From the human T2T-CHM13v2.0 reference genome, Homo sapiens: a stretch of DNA of 64,000 bases. Every line of letters begins with the position of its first letter. Position 1 is the first letter of the stretch. Both the position numbers and the translations under genes were made by a program. Shown here piece by piece: positions 1 to 15,263 of this stretch. The notes under the pieces were generated by a model. The model was not told the origin of the DNA, searched no databases, and was given only the letters and a program-made list of their open reading frames with translations. The stretch lies in assembly GCF_009914755.1 (NCBI RefSeq), contig NC_060928.1; one strand, written 5' to 3'.

Positions 1-1570
<1,570 letters not shown>

Positions 1571-2469
1571 CAGTTAGTGCAGTTAGTTACAAGTATTTAT
1601 TATAAATATGAGATTTATTTACATTAAAAGTTTAGTGTTCAAAACCTGTCTGTTTATATTGCCTACAACTCTGAGAAATGAAATTATGTTGGATATTTTG
1701 GAAAGAATGCTAAGGTAATTCTTTACTCCCTACTCCAACAACCTTGAGATGTTTATTCAGGGTGAGGAAACCTCTCTTCTTCCTTCAACAATTAAATACA
1801 AAGATACATCATTGATTCTAGTCTAATCTGAAGAAAATGTACTGGAATACAATCTGAAAGTGACTTAGTACATGATATTGGGTGTTGCAGAATTCCTGGG
1901 TCATAGAGCATACGTTTGTGTAATTCGACTAAAATGTACTGCTACTACTAGCATTCTGTGAAGGTTCCACATCCTTGCCTACACTCAACTTACTCCCTTG
2001 GTTTATTAGGTATAAAGTGATGCCTTAGTTTTGTTTTAATTATATTTCTCTGAATACTAGTTATTTGAGCATTTTTATATGCTTGCTAGCTTTTTGTTTT
2101 TGTAAATTTCCTTTTCATGTGCTTTACTCATGTTTCTACTGAGATTACTGTTTTCCTAGTTGATTTGCAAGGTTATTTTGTATATTGTAGATATCAGTAC
2201 ATTGTCAGTTTTAGATATTTTAAGTATCTTCCTCAATTCTATCCTTAATGTTAGTTTGTTAGTTGCATAACAGAAATAGTCAAATATGTCTTATTTTTGC
2301 CTTACATTTAATACTTTCTATGTTTTGCTGTAACAATCTATTCCTTATCCTATGTTGCAAAGATATTCTTCCTTTTTTAATATTAACATGATCAGTTTTT
2401 CCCTTCTTACTTAGGTCTCTAATCCATTTTTGGAGTCTGCCTTTGTGCATAGTTTTAGGTAAGGTTCTA

Positions 2470-4760
2470 TTGTTGTGGTGATCCTGAAAATGTGTCTCTT
2501 AGAATATTATTGACAGGTGGCTCAACTGCTGTGCTTTGAGCCCAAAGCTGCACTCACACTGCAGCCACATTTCCCATGAGCTCCTCCCAGCCTGTGACTA
2601 AGCACAGGAGGGTTTTTAAGGTAAGCCCATTTCTGGGAGATGTGGAATTCCTTTGATGAGTAACTTTGACGTAAGGACTCCCCAAAGGCTTGGCCAAATC
2701 TTCTTAAAACTGCACTGCAATGTGGAACTCTTCCTACCCAACTGTTTTTACATCCTTCTGTACTACACAAGGATCAGAGCTGCATGGCATTCTGAAGTGT
2801 CTTTATGACTCTTCCAACAAGCATACTATTTTCTTCACATATGTTTTCCTTAATAATTATCTTGCACCTCAGATTCCATCTTGAGGTCTGATAGAGTGGT
2901 CTTAGAAAATCTGGAACTGATTAGCTCACCTCAGTGTGTGTTGGGCAGAGGATGCCATGCTGAATGGCTGCAGGGCACAGATAATCCCAGGCATAAGGTG
3001 GCAGGTGCATTGTTAAAGATTTCACCAGCAGTAGCCCGGGAAAACTTTTTGGTGCTTCCTGATAGAGGGGACACCATTGCAGGTAATAGTTCAGACAGCT
3101 GAAAGATAGGAGGGAAGAATGCCTCTTACAAAGATATTGGAGTTGGCTAGTTACTGTTAAATTGCATTGTTGTCCTACATAGGGATAAGGAGAAACTGAA
3201 GGCCATTTAAAATATGTTAAAGGCTAAGCATGAGAACCAGTTACAAAAAAGCTTTTATTTCATGCAGAGGAAGAGTAGACACAGCCAAGCAGCAGGCTAA
3301 AGATCTAATAGTTAGATACCCAGAGTTTGAATGCTTAGTCAAAGCTGATCGGCTATGCTTTGGTCAGGGTCCTAATTGGGAAAACCCAGGAACTTGAAAT
3401 ATAAGATGGGTCAACTGGATTGATGTCTTTCGGGATGTTGGTTCTGCAGACTCCCTGAAACCTCAGAGTTTATAGAAGTAATCACTGTCTCCTTAGTAAG
3501 AGCCAGCTCTTCTCCCCTGCTGAAAGATGCTATAGAGCTGTTTCACCCACAAGGCAACAGGTGCTCCTCAAGAGATATTCTTACCTCCTCAACTGACAAC
3601 CAGGCCAATGGCTCAGCTAGTAACATGCTGGGCTTGAAAAGATAGAAAAAGAGACTATGTACTAAAGAACTGTAAGAACTGGTGCGTATCTATTGGCTCC
3701 TGACATTAGGTTTTGAGGGTGGTTGATCATGGAGGGGTGAATGAAAGACTGGATAAGTAAGAATTCATTGACTTAGGAGCACTTTCTCAAGACATGGAAT
3801 TTGACAACCTAGCAAAAACCCAAGGAGCAAACCTGCTAGGGTGGCTCTTAGCATCCTGGAAGAAGCCATATCCAGGATTGAATACAGATGAAGTGTCCCA
3901 GTTGCCTTAGAAGACAGCGGAGAAAGAAATAAAGAGGCTGAGGGAAGTGGGCATGTCGAAATGGATATATTATGTGAGGCCAGAAGACCCACCAGGGCAT
4001 GTGTTTCATCAGGAAGCCCAGAGGACATATCATTTATGAAAGTCACTACAAATGAGCTGGTGAGAGGAGCTTGAGAATAACTAAGAAGTTCAATGATGGC
4101 TCTCGTTGCAGATGGAGGCTGCAATAAGGGAAGCACCTACAGTCCTGAGATTGTCCATAGGGATGATGGAATCCTGAAGTAATAGATGCAAAGTGTCAGT
4201 GCTAAACTGCCAAAGCCAGGAACCCACAGTGAGCTTTAACAAATGGCAAGGTTGGAGGGACAGCTATGGAAGTTTTTCCCACAAAGAATTGTGGAGACAG
4301 TTCAAAAAGTATGGTGTTTTTAGGGGAAAATAAACAGGCAGCTAGCCAGCATGCTGATTAACATCTACAACCAAAGAAGAAAAAATGCAAAAATGGAAGA
4401 TCAGGAGGCTCTAGGTGATCACCCCAATAGAAAGCCATGATCCCTTTCTTAGTTCTTAGACTTGAGGCAATTTTCAGATCCAGAATCCATTGGCTGAAGA
4501 GGTGGCCAAGTCCCTAGGAGGAAGAACCCTGTTACACCATGATAATTATATACAGTGATGATTCCCTAAGTGCTTCTCCAAAGGGACCTATAACTTTTTA
4601 CTTACTGGGTGACTATACAAAAGGCAAAGGGAATACCCAGATATTTCAAAAACTATTAGAAACAGGATCTGAATTGATACTGATACCGGAGACATATAGC
4701 ATCATTATAGCTCCTGTTAAGTGTGAAGATTTATGGGGCCCAATTATGTCCTGGATTTGA
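2470..4760 (+). mobile_element. ERVL-class LTR (LTR33/LTR16-like, ~2470-2890) followed by degenerate ERVL internal sequence
   Basis: LTR-like block (ctcctcccagcctgtgactaagcac...ggactcccc). Internal remnant includes the retroviral protease-like motif LLETGSELILIP (cf. LLDTGS) in ORF 4539-4760. Confidence 0.6.
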
Positions 4761-6530
4761 GATTCTAGGTATATAGTTCCTTTCCTTTAATACTTTAAAA
4801 ATATTACTTCAGTGACATCTCATATCCAGTATTGCTGCTGAGAAAACTGATGTCCTATGCTTCTTGTTTCTTTATAGGTGAACTGCTTTTTCTCTCTGGT
4901 AGCTTTTATAATGTTTTTAATTTAAAATCCACTTTAACATATCAAGGTATGGGTTTTTCCTTATTTCTTCTATTTGGAACTCTATAAGCCTTTTTTATAT
5001 ACAGTTTTAAAATTTTCTTTTATTATTAAAATCTTATCTTCATTAGTTTTTAAAATATTTCCTCATCTCAATTTTTAATTTTTTTCTGCATTTGAGAATC
5101 TTGTAATTGGGATATTGGCATCTCTACTTCTCTATCTTTCATATCTCTAATTTTTTAAAATTTATTTTTATATTTTTATCCTTCCCTTCTTCCTTTCTGA
5201 GAGAGTTCTTCAATTTGAACTTGCAATTCATCAATTTATTTTTCCGTCATAACTATCCTATTATCTATCTAATCAACTGTGCTTTTGTATTTCAACTCTT
5301 ATATTTTCCATGTCTAATATTTTCATTCTGTTTTTATGCATGCTTCTTCTTGTTTCAGATGATTAATGTGAGCAATGACAAATAGCTCATATCTTCCCTT
5401 ATATCTTTAAGTACTGATATAATATGTATTTTACATCCTTTGTTTATACTAATGCTTCTGTTTCAGAGGCTATATGTTTTCTTGTCTATTGTCTTTCTTC
5501 TGAAGAAGTTGTACCATTTGGAGTTTATTTATTTTAGACTATGATTTCATGTTTCTCCAGGAGCATCAGCTGCTTTATCAGGCAGCATGGGCTATGGAAG
5601 GGTCAAAGGGCAGGTGTTTACTTGTGTCAGTCAAAGTGAATTTAAGGAACAGATTGGGGATGAATCCTAGGGTAGAGAGTCCCAGAGCCCACAAAACCTA
5701 TTATTGATCATTCTCACTCATTGACTTTCTATCAGTTGACTTTTCCAGTGGGAATTTCACTGACAAATTCTTAAGAGTGAAGCAGCACTAGAAGGAAGAA
5801 GGTTCTTTTAATTTTAATGCAACAGCCCTGGAGATGTGGAGGGTAAGGTGAGAAGACAGTACCTGAAAGCAGCTAATTAGTGCCACCTTTTCCAGAAACT
5901 TCTCTCCTCAGCAGGCTTTTTCTCCTGTCCTTTCAAAATTGGTGGTCTGAATTGCTAAGACTAATTTCTGGTATGATAAGAAGGTAAACATTGTCTCAAA
6001 GCAATGTAGGGCAAAACATGGTGTTGGGAGATGTAAGAGAAAAACTTAAAAAGCCTTTCTCTTAACTATCCTCTCATTCTACTCTAGACTTCAGCCACCT
6101 ACCTCCCTACACACTCTATCTAGTTCAAGTTAGCTCCAGTCTCCTAGTTCTGGCCTAGAATCCAGGTTTACTTCTTTCATCTGTAGTGTGTCTAGGGTTG
6201 ATTTGGAGAAAGGAACAAGTGTCCTATGCTAGTACACCATTTTTATAGACATGAAAGCCTATGTGTGTGTGCATATGTATGTACTTACCAAATGATCTTA
6301 TTTTTGAAATGAAAAGTGTATAAATCATTTGTTAGTGAAGATATATATTTATTTATTTAATAAGTCCTTCATTAGTGAATAGATATATTTATTCATGTTT
6401 GTATAAATGTAAATAATGTAAACGGATATATAGAAGTTTAAACTTTGATTTGCTTAGGAGAAAATCAGGGAGAGATTGTTAGAATTTTCTTTGTTGGGAA
6501 ATAGCTCACATAACTTTGTAGCTTGAATTA

Positions 6531-7329
6531 CAGTTGACCCTTGGACAACATGGGGGTTAGGGTTGATGACCCCACATAGTCAAAAATTCATGTATAACTC
6601 GTGACTCTCTCAAAACTTAACTATGCATAGCCTACTGTTGAATGGAAGCCTTTTTGATAAGACAAAGAGTTGATTGACATATATATTTTATGTTATGTGT
6701 ATTATATACTGTATTCTCACAATACAATAAGAGAAAAGAAAATGTTATTAAAATCTTAAGGAAGAAACAATATATTTACTATTCATTATGTGGAAGTGGA
6801 TCATCATAAAGGTCTTCCTTCTCATTGTCTTCCCATTGAGCAGGCTGAGGAGGAGGAAGAAGAGAAGGGATTGGTCTTACTGTCTCAGGGGTGCCAGCTG
6901 TGGAAAAAAATCCACATATAAGTAGCCCTGATATGGTTTGGCTCTGTCCCCACCCAAATCTCATCTTGAATTGTAGTTCCTATAATACCCACGTGTCGTG
7001 GATGGACCCAGTGGGAAGTAATTGAATCATGGGGGCAGAGCTTTTCCATGCTGTTCTCATGGTAGCGAATAAGTCTCATGAGACCTGATGGTTTTATAAA
7101 GGGCAGTTCCCCTGCACAAGCTCTCTTGCCTGCCACCATGTAACACGTGCCTTTGTTCCTCCTTGCCTTCCACCATGATTTTGAGGCCCCCAGCCATGTG
7201 GAACTGTGAGTCCATTAAACCTCTTTCCTTTATAAATTACCCAGTCTGGGGTATGTCTTTATTGGAGCATGAGAACAGACTAATACAGGTCCAGTGCAGT
7301 TCAAATCCATGTTGTTCAAGGGTGAACTG
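6531..7329 (+). mobile_element. Tigger2-family DNA transposon, split by a THE1 LTR
   Basis: Terminal inverted repeats cagttgacccttggacaacatgg ... ccatgttgttcaagggtgaactg, flanked by TA. Confidence 0.8.
6929..7287 (+). mobile_element. THE1 (MaLR) solo LTR
   Basis: tgatatggtttggctctgtccccacccaaatctcatcttgaattgtag ... gagaacagactaataca. Confidence 0.9.
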
Positions 7330-7366
7330 TAAAATAAAATATATTTTTAAAATAACATGGACCAGG

Positions 7367-7665
7367 GGCCGGGCGCGGTGGCTCACGCCTGTAATCCCAG
7401 CACTTTGGGATGCCGAGGCGGGCGGATCACGAGATCAGGAGATCGAAACCATCTTGGCTAACAAGGTGAAACCCCATCTCTACTAAAAATACAAAAAATT
7501 AGCGGGGCGCGGTGGCGGGCGCCTGTAATCCCAGCTACTCAGGAGGCTGAGGCAGGAGAATGGCATGAACCCGGGAGGCAGAGCTTGCAGTGAGCCGAGA
7601 TAGCGCCACTGTAGTCCGGCCTGGGCGAAAGAGAGAGACTCCGTCTAAAAAATAAATAAATAAAT
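7367..7665 (+). mobile_element. AluY-family element with TSD
   Basis: CpG-rich full Alu with (TAAA)n tail. TSD aaataacatggaccag / aaataacacggaccag. Confidence 0.95.
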
Positions 7666-7677
7666 AAATAACACGGA

Positions 7678-7693
7678 CCAGCAGATGGCAGCA
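7678..7693 (+). promoter_or_regulatory. Candidate CTCF binding motif
   Basis: CCAGCAGATGGCAGCA matches the CTCF core CCASYAGRKGGCRS. Sequence match only. Confidence 0.5.
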
Positions 7694-8382
7694 CACTGTA
7701 ACACATTTGGTCAAACTTTATTGCTTCTCCTGAACAACGTGAGTCCTAGTGACCTGCTATTTCCACATTTGCTTGATTTAACTACAATAAAATGACATTA
7801 ATGGATTATGCAATCCAATTCTTGTTGTATTTGGGTTGGCTGCTTGCTTAAATAGTCATCTGTGGTTTTTAATCTGCGTGGTTTTTAATCTGTGTGACTA
7901 AGTCATTCTGATGCTCTTCCATCAGTTGTTACTCTCCCTTGGTTGCCATTAGCATATCTTCCTGGCTTAGAAGAAATACTCTCTTGATTTAAAAAACAAC
8001 AAAACCTCTTTTTGATTCTTTAATATCCTATTAATTAGAGAAGTTATTTCATCTTTTTCTAAGGTCAGTTGAAAATCCAGTTTCTGACCATTTCAGCCTC
8101 AACTATGAGTCTCTGGTGGCCCCTTTTCCACTAGTGGACCGGCGCCACTAGAGGAATAAGGGTCTAAAACTAATGCTATGCTTGGCCAAACACAGGCCCA
8201 AAAGAGTATGCTACTTTAGACAGCAGCTATCAAAAACACTTTATGTGGTTTTGAGAAAGGAGACTTACATACGATTGTATATTCAACGGCTAGAATACTC
8301 AGTATCTGACACATAGAGGTTTAAGAAATGCTTGTTGGATGAATAAGTAATTAGGTAAGTCGGCGCCTTGAATATTTTAGGT

Positions 8383-8605
8383 CAGTGATGTCCAATACAA
8401 CTTTTTTTTAATGATGGAAATGTTCTATATCTGTGCTGCCCAAAATAGAAGCCACTAAGCCCATGTGACTATTTTGTGCTTAAAATGTGATTAGTATGAC
8501 AGTAATGACAAAATGTGATCCGTATGAGGAAATACATTTTATTTTATTTTATTTTAATCTAAATAGCTTCATCTGGCTAGTGGCTCGCACACTGGATAGT
8601 GTAGC
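8383..8605. mobile_element. MER3-like hAT element
   Basis: gtccaatacaactttt..aatgatggaaatgttctatatctgtgctg..gccac pattern. Confidence 0.7.
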
Positions 8606-9073
8606 TTTTAGTGCTTAGTGATGTTATGCAATTCTGTATGCTCCACTGTTAAGTGTTAATGGATGATGATGGGCTGAAAGCTGAATACATAAGCCCCCTT
8701 TTTGAATAGTGTCTGTCTACGCATTCTGAAGATATTAAACAGAGAACACTTGGTGCAATTATTCAAGATTTAGGCATTTGACAGATAACTCCCTATATAT
8801 TCATGTATATTTGCCTGTAGGAGCTCAGCCTTCAAACAGTCTTCTTTCTCTAACTTTCTCTAATCAGGAAGATCAGTTTCCAGATGATCCTAATTTGGCT
8901 AGGATGGTATAAATATGAGTGTGGTCATACTAGGCTTTTTTTTCCCTAGCGTTTTCAATGCATCAGTATTACAAAAGAGAGAGAAGAAAAAATTTTCCAA
9001 ACTCATATAAGGAAATTGTGAGCGCATGGTTTTTAACAGTGATTTTTTTTTCCTATTACTATTGATCCCATAG

Positions 9074-9295
9074 CAGTATTTCTTAACTGGGGGTGATTTT
9101 GCTCCCCTAGGGACATTTGGCAATGTCTGCAGTAACTTTTGGGTTGCAACTTGGTGGGGGAGTACTACTGGAACCTAGTATGTAGAGTTAACGAATGTTG
9201 ATAATATCACAATACATAGGACAATCCCTTCCCCTCCCCCAATAAAGAATTAACTGTGACAAAATGTCAATAGCACTGAGATTGAGAAATCCTGC
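9074..9295. mobile_element. MER20 hAT element
   Basis: ttcttaactgggggtgattttgctcccctagggacatttggcaatgtctg ... gattgagaaatcctg. Confidence 0.8.
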
Positions 9296-9337
9296 ATTGT
9301 AGTGATGACTCAAATAGATGAATTTGAGTTTGTTGCC

Positions 9338-9378
<41 letters not shown>

Positions 9379-9430
9379 CACATATATATATATACATATA
9401 TATATATATACACACACATATATATATATA
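9338..9430. repeat. (TA)n/(CA)n compound microsatellite
   Basis: Direct reading. Confidence 0.95.
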
Positions 9431-10837
9431 AAAACATACACAATATCCTATTATGTGGAGCAAGAGAGATTCAATATAAAACCCCTCAAAAGATGTTAGC
9501 ACAGCAATTATCTCATTAACTAAATTAATTTTAAAAGGGAGGTGGGAATAAAGGTTTAGACACTCAGAGTAAGTGTGAGTTTTGTTAAATACTAGTCCAC
9601 AATCATGTACAAAATATGCAATTAAATACATATAAAAATGACTTTAACATAATAATTAAGCAATTCAAAAGATGTTTTCTTGAATATCTAAATATTTTCT
9701 ATAAATAGTAATCTGCAAAAAAAATGCTGGCCACCTTTTTCTAGTAAATGTAAATATTACACAATAAGGTCTTTACCAAAATCTTGTTATCAAATTGTTT
9801 GTGAATGTCTAATTTTATAATGGCTTCTCATGTAAGTTGTTTATAAGTATCTAATTTATATTGATTTCCCATTCTGCAGATCCCTTAACTGTTCTGAAGT
9901 TTGTTGAAAATTGTTTAAATAATACATTAAGATAATTTAAAAAGTGAAAAGTTTACACAAAGATTGAAACGTCTCTCATTTTAAAGATGAAACTGAAAGT
10001 AGCTCTTTCTCATTGAATCCTTGCCTTTTTTCCTTTCAACTTAAAAATGCCAAAAAGGCTGCCTTTAATTTATGAGTACATAAAGGCATTTTTACATAGT
10101 TCAGAGCAGAATCCTGTACAAAGCAATATTGCCAGTTCTCTTGCTGCCTGATCCAGGGATTAATTGCTCCAAAATAAACATCAGTGTAATTGTTTAAAGA
10201 GACTAAAATATACATTACTGAGTGTAAATATAAATGTCAATCTTTTTCAAGTTTCTAAGAAAAGTTAAATGCACATCTCAGGGCAAAGGGGAATAGATTC
10301 ACAGTAGTGTCATCTCTTAAGTCCTAGTTTCATGCCTAGTGTCCCTTCCATCATTTGTGTTAATGTTGGTGAAAATTAATAACCTTGACTTATCTAGTCC
10401 AGCGAACCCACACATTCTTAATGGGGAATATTTGACAAGAGAGACTAAAGCTGTGGAGCCATCAGGTACGGGAAGTGTGCCATTTCAGCGAAAAAGTAGA
10501 GAATGCTTAGCCAATTGGTACTTATCTGATTAAACTGCTGGCTCACTCTGAAAGGAATATTGTATGTCTTAGGAAAAGAAAAATGAATAAATCAGAGACA
10601 CTTAGCAGCAATGGTAGATCTTTGTGTAGTTGAAATATCTTCTGTGCTCACAGGAGCAAAACACTTCAGATGATGTGAAAGAAAGCCTGCCTTCTTCATG
10701 TTTAAGGGGAAAGTCATCAGATCACACTTTTTTGGATTTTGAACTTGATGATAATACACGTGGTGGCACACGCTAAACACACTTTTTCTAGAGACCACAC
10801 ATGACATTTATAATTTGGATTTGAGATGATTGTTGCA

Positions 10838-11026
<189 letters not shown>

Positions 11027-13154
11027 TCAATGTAATAAATAAAGGGATGTCAGAAATGGGTTAGTTGGCATCTGAATGTCTAATAAACTAACACTTTGGA
11101 TTGAAATATGTAAAATCATTCTATTTTACTTACCATTAGTGTTAATATGATAATTGAGCTTATTACTTACTCCCTGTTAATGCCTTCAGGTAGAAGGTAA
11201 TGTGAATAAAGCTAAGATTTCAGGTTTATCCTTGTAAAATTTTTAGTTTTGCTGTCTAAAATTTTTAGTGTTAGTTTAGACAGAGCAAAACTAAATTCTG
11301 TGACACTAGGCATGAGACTAGGAAAGCTTAACTAAGACACAGGACTATGTTCTATGTCTTACATAAATGATAACTTCAAGACTCAACAAACAAGTCGTCT
11401 CGTCCATAAGCCTCTCCCAGATTCATGCCTAGTGTCTCTTGCATCATTGTTTCTGTTAGCTAGAGGGAGTCTCTGGCTGTGAATTTGAATCTCATCTTGT
11501 TCCACTCACATTAATTGACAGGAAAGTGTCCTGGATATCATATCACTATGTCTCAGTAGGTTTGAGAGGAGCAACATATGCAAAGGGCACGCCACGCAAA
11601 TGTGCGCTATTTATTGCTGAAAATATTCTGCTCCCAAACTAAGGTGGAATCCCTAGCCCTAGTGGACTGGTCTAAAGTCATGAGGACTTCCCTCTTATCT
11701 TTAAACCTTGGTTTAGACAAATGATTTTAAATTGATCTTTTAACAATGTACCTATTCATTCAAAAGAACACTATGTGGAAGTCATTATAGAGTCTTTAAA
11801 CAAGAGAAAAAATTCTGTTTGAAGAAGACATGGGCTTCTAGAGTCTTGTGCCTTGCCTTTAGCTCCCTTCCCTTCCATTTTCTTGACATACTTCTTGATC
11901 TCCTACAGTGTCGGTGGACAGAGTGTGAAAACCTTGGTCTACCAAAAGAAGTCCTCCTTAGTTCCTTTTCCTTAGGCCCGTATCCTAATTTAGGTCCTTG
12001 GTATTTTACTATGCTAGCAGCGAAAGGAAGCAAGGGTATATGAACCAGTGGAAAGAGAGATCTGCTTTTACATAGATTTATTTGTGTTTCTCTTTTAAAC
12101 CATGTGATCTAGTTATATCTTGGACCACCCACATTACTTCTCCTTCCCCCATGAAGGGAAGTGAGTGGAGGGAGACCATGTATTCTAGAACATGTAGCCA
12201 AACCCTCGCCTTTCATTTGTTTGTTTTAATTATTTGTGTGCTATATTATTAGATTGTAAATTCATTGTGGATTCATTGTGATTTTAACAAATGCTTATGT
12301 TTCCTTCAGTAACTGCTACAGTATCTTGCAGTTGACAAAAAGTGGAATGAATAAGTGAATATTTATTACCATCACATGACAGACAGCCAATGGCAGCTCA
12401 ACAGCGGCGCCTTTGCATATAAGAAAAGTGCACATATATATCAAATTCTCAAAGCCATTCTTAATTCTTCAAAAAATCACTAAACTGTTCCCAGTTTCAA
12501 ATGCTACAAGTTAAAACTTTTATTATTTTATTTGCTTATTTTTAGTCCTTTACATAGCCAGAATTTAAAACTTATATTCTCCTAAAATGTTTAATGTTTA
12601 TATTATTTATTTAATTAGTTTCTAAATGTGATCTGTGAGGTAACAGTTTACTAAGAACAAATGTAGATAAATATGTACTTTTTTGTTTTGTTTCTAATAG
12701 CATAATTATGTCTGGAAGTATGTTGTTTAAAGTCAATGGTTTAGGTACCTGTGGGACCTGTGGGACCTGTGGGACGCTGCTTCACTGGCCATAGATGTAG
12801 CTGCAGGTCCCATCTTGCAGTGCCTTGCAATTAGTAGTGATTAGATACCTAACTGTTGTTATGATTGTGGCTTGAAGCAATGATTGTATGGCTTACTGAC
12901 TTGGTTTCTACTATCCGCTTCCAGTATGTTTCTCTAATGAGAGTCCTAATTTGTAGCTGGTGACCATGATTTGGGGATAGTTCTCCTCAATAGGGTGTTA
13001 AATGAGAATTGTGTCTTATGATTATTCCACTCCCTCATTTTACAATCTCCTCCACAGGTTAATTTCATGCAGTCATGTGAAGTGATATTGTTCTACAGTC
13101 AGTAAGGCCATTCCTACTAAACAGTCATTTTTGTGGATTTGAACCTATTCTTAC

Positions 13155-13288
13155 CTTACAGGCATCTAGTTTTCCTGACAAGAATCCAGCACATATCATT
13201 CCTGATGATACATACACATGAACTTGATTACATATATCATTACTTATGATCTCTACCTCAACTTCCCGTAGCATATTGGGAAAGGGAC
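13155..13288 (-). pseudogene. TMPRSS11GP: Exon 9: GPFPNMLREVEVEIISNDICNQVHVYVSSGMICAGFLSGKLDACK
   Basis: tttCAG / GTAAGA sites; MICAG and S1-pocket LDAC motifs; 134 nt. Confidence 0.92.
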
Positions 13289-15081
13289 CTGAAAGAAAGA
13301 AAAAATAAATAGATGAAGAACTTCTACATTGCTGCCATGATAGTTAATTGTGTCTTACAAAGAATGGACCAGTGATAAAACCTAAGTCTTGAAGTTGTAA
13401 GATTCTGGACTGAATGACAGTGCTCAGAATCAAGTTACATTTATTGGGTGGCTTCTATTTACTAGGTACCATGTTTGGTTTGTTTACTTCTGCTACCTTA
13501 TTTAATCCTTGCAGCAGCCACCAAAGAAAGATATAAATATTCTCTTTTTCAGTTGAGGAAACTAAAGCTTACCTGGTTAGGAGTCTTATCATGATCACAC
13601 AGTTAAGGAATAATGTTAGAAGCTTTTTAACTTGATGTGATCTTTGTAAAACCAGAATATTTCTTACCACCTGGGAGAATATGCTACAGCTTACCTTAAC
13701 CTTACTTGGAAATCTTCATTACTTTACAAAGGACACAGCTATTTTGGGAACCGTGAATCCTGAGGAGAAGCAGCATAGAACACTACTGTACTACCAGATT
13801 TAACTTTAATACAGATGCAATGCTATCACTTCATAGGAAAAACCACGCTTACTCTGATAATAGCTTCACTTGCTATCCAAAACAAATACCAGAGTAAGTA
13901 ACACATAAAGGTAGCTTATATTTTATTAACTAACCACACACTTATTGATTGCATGTAACATTGTTTTAACTATTATATTCTTCTCATTTCTTTAAAATAG
14001 GAGCAACTTCTATTTTAAAGACTGTACTAATCTTTCATATAAAGACGGATGCTTTGTTTACAACAGGGTCAAAGAATTGAGAGGATAAGGGAGGGCAGTA
14101 GTACTGATTTGAGCGATGAATTAGCGTAATTATGTGCTTAAGGGCCTTGAATCTAGAAGGAGCAGATATAAGTTTGAACACTATTTGCACAATTTACAAG
14201 CTATATGTGACTTTGGGAAAGTCGCTAAGCATCATTTAACTCACCTGTGAAAAGAAGAAAATAATGCCTTGCTCAGACGTTTATAAGTTAAAAACAATGA
14301 ATATAATCAGTTATGACAGTAGCTTGCCTCATATTCAGTTCTTAAAAAATAGATGCTATTAGACTAAATTGTAGAGATTAGGGTATATACTTAAGATCCT
14401 CAGGGTCTTAAAGCTGCACTTTAAGGTTTACATTGGATGGAGAGAAAGTTAGAGCTTTTATAAGGAGAGATCTAGGTTTCTGGGGATTTGGCCATTCGCT
14501 GTCAAGAAAACTAATTGTTTTAAAATGAGTAAATTCACTCACCTAAGATTGCCAGTCTTGCTGAGAAACTAAGTCCAGATTCTCTACAGTCATTAAAGAT
14601 TTTGTAGGGTCTTGTGAATTTTTCCATCTCAGTCATCATCTTTAAAAGGGTCATTGTATGGCCATTTTCTCTTTTATCTCTGATTCTGCTTGAAATGTTC
14701 CCAGTGAGGCAGTCTGCTCACCAACTGCTCTTTATATAGATTTTATGCAATCTATTTATTTGAGTAAATGCCTTAGCAATATTCAATACTATCTATTTTG
14801 TTGTGTATAATGTCATTAACATTTTTAAGATATTCTCAAGTTTTAATCAATTATATTTCCTATTTGTAATTTCTGTGTGCAAATTTTCATTTTAGCTAAT
14901 TGGTCTAAAATGCTTAGTCTCAATTTTCAAATGCTTACAATCTTTTAGTCTCAGCTTAAAAAAATAAATTCAAGTGCTCGACAATGTAACAAAATACTTT
15001 ACATTACCAATTATTTAAAGAAGAAACTGTCCAGAGCGTAGAATATTTCTGTTTTGCAAGCTGTCTGGTAACAAGATTTCT

Positions 15082-15263
15082 TTTCTTTTTTAAAAAAACT
15101 TATTTTAGATTCAGGGATAAACTAGTGTTTCAGGGTTTGTTGTATAGGTTATTTCATCCCCCAAATATTAAGGCTGGTACCCAATGGTTGTTTTTTCTGC
15201 TCCTCTCCCTCCTCCCACCCTCCACCCTCAATTAGGCCCCAGTGTCTGTTGTTCTCTTTTTTG
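15082..15263 (-). mobile_element. Short 5'-truncated L1PA 3' end with 16-bp TSD
   Basis: TSD TGGTAACAAGATTTCT at 15066-15081 and 15264-15279; L1 3'UTR motif ctccctcctcccaccctccaccctc. Confidence 0.85.

Noticed and set aside
8128-8155. ccactagtgg palindrome and gcgccactagagg as a second CTCF site
   Set aside because: Spacing is one base off the CTCF core; a short palindrome is expected by chance.
9188-9631. 147-aa and 65-aa YI-rich ORFs
   Set aside because: Translations of the (TA)n microsatellite.
12747-12775. (acctgtggg)x3 tandem repeat
   Set aside because: Simple local slippage; no spacers, not an array system.
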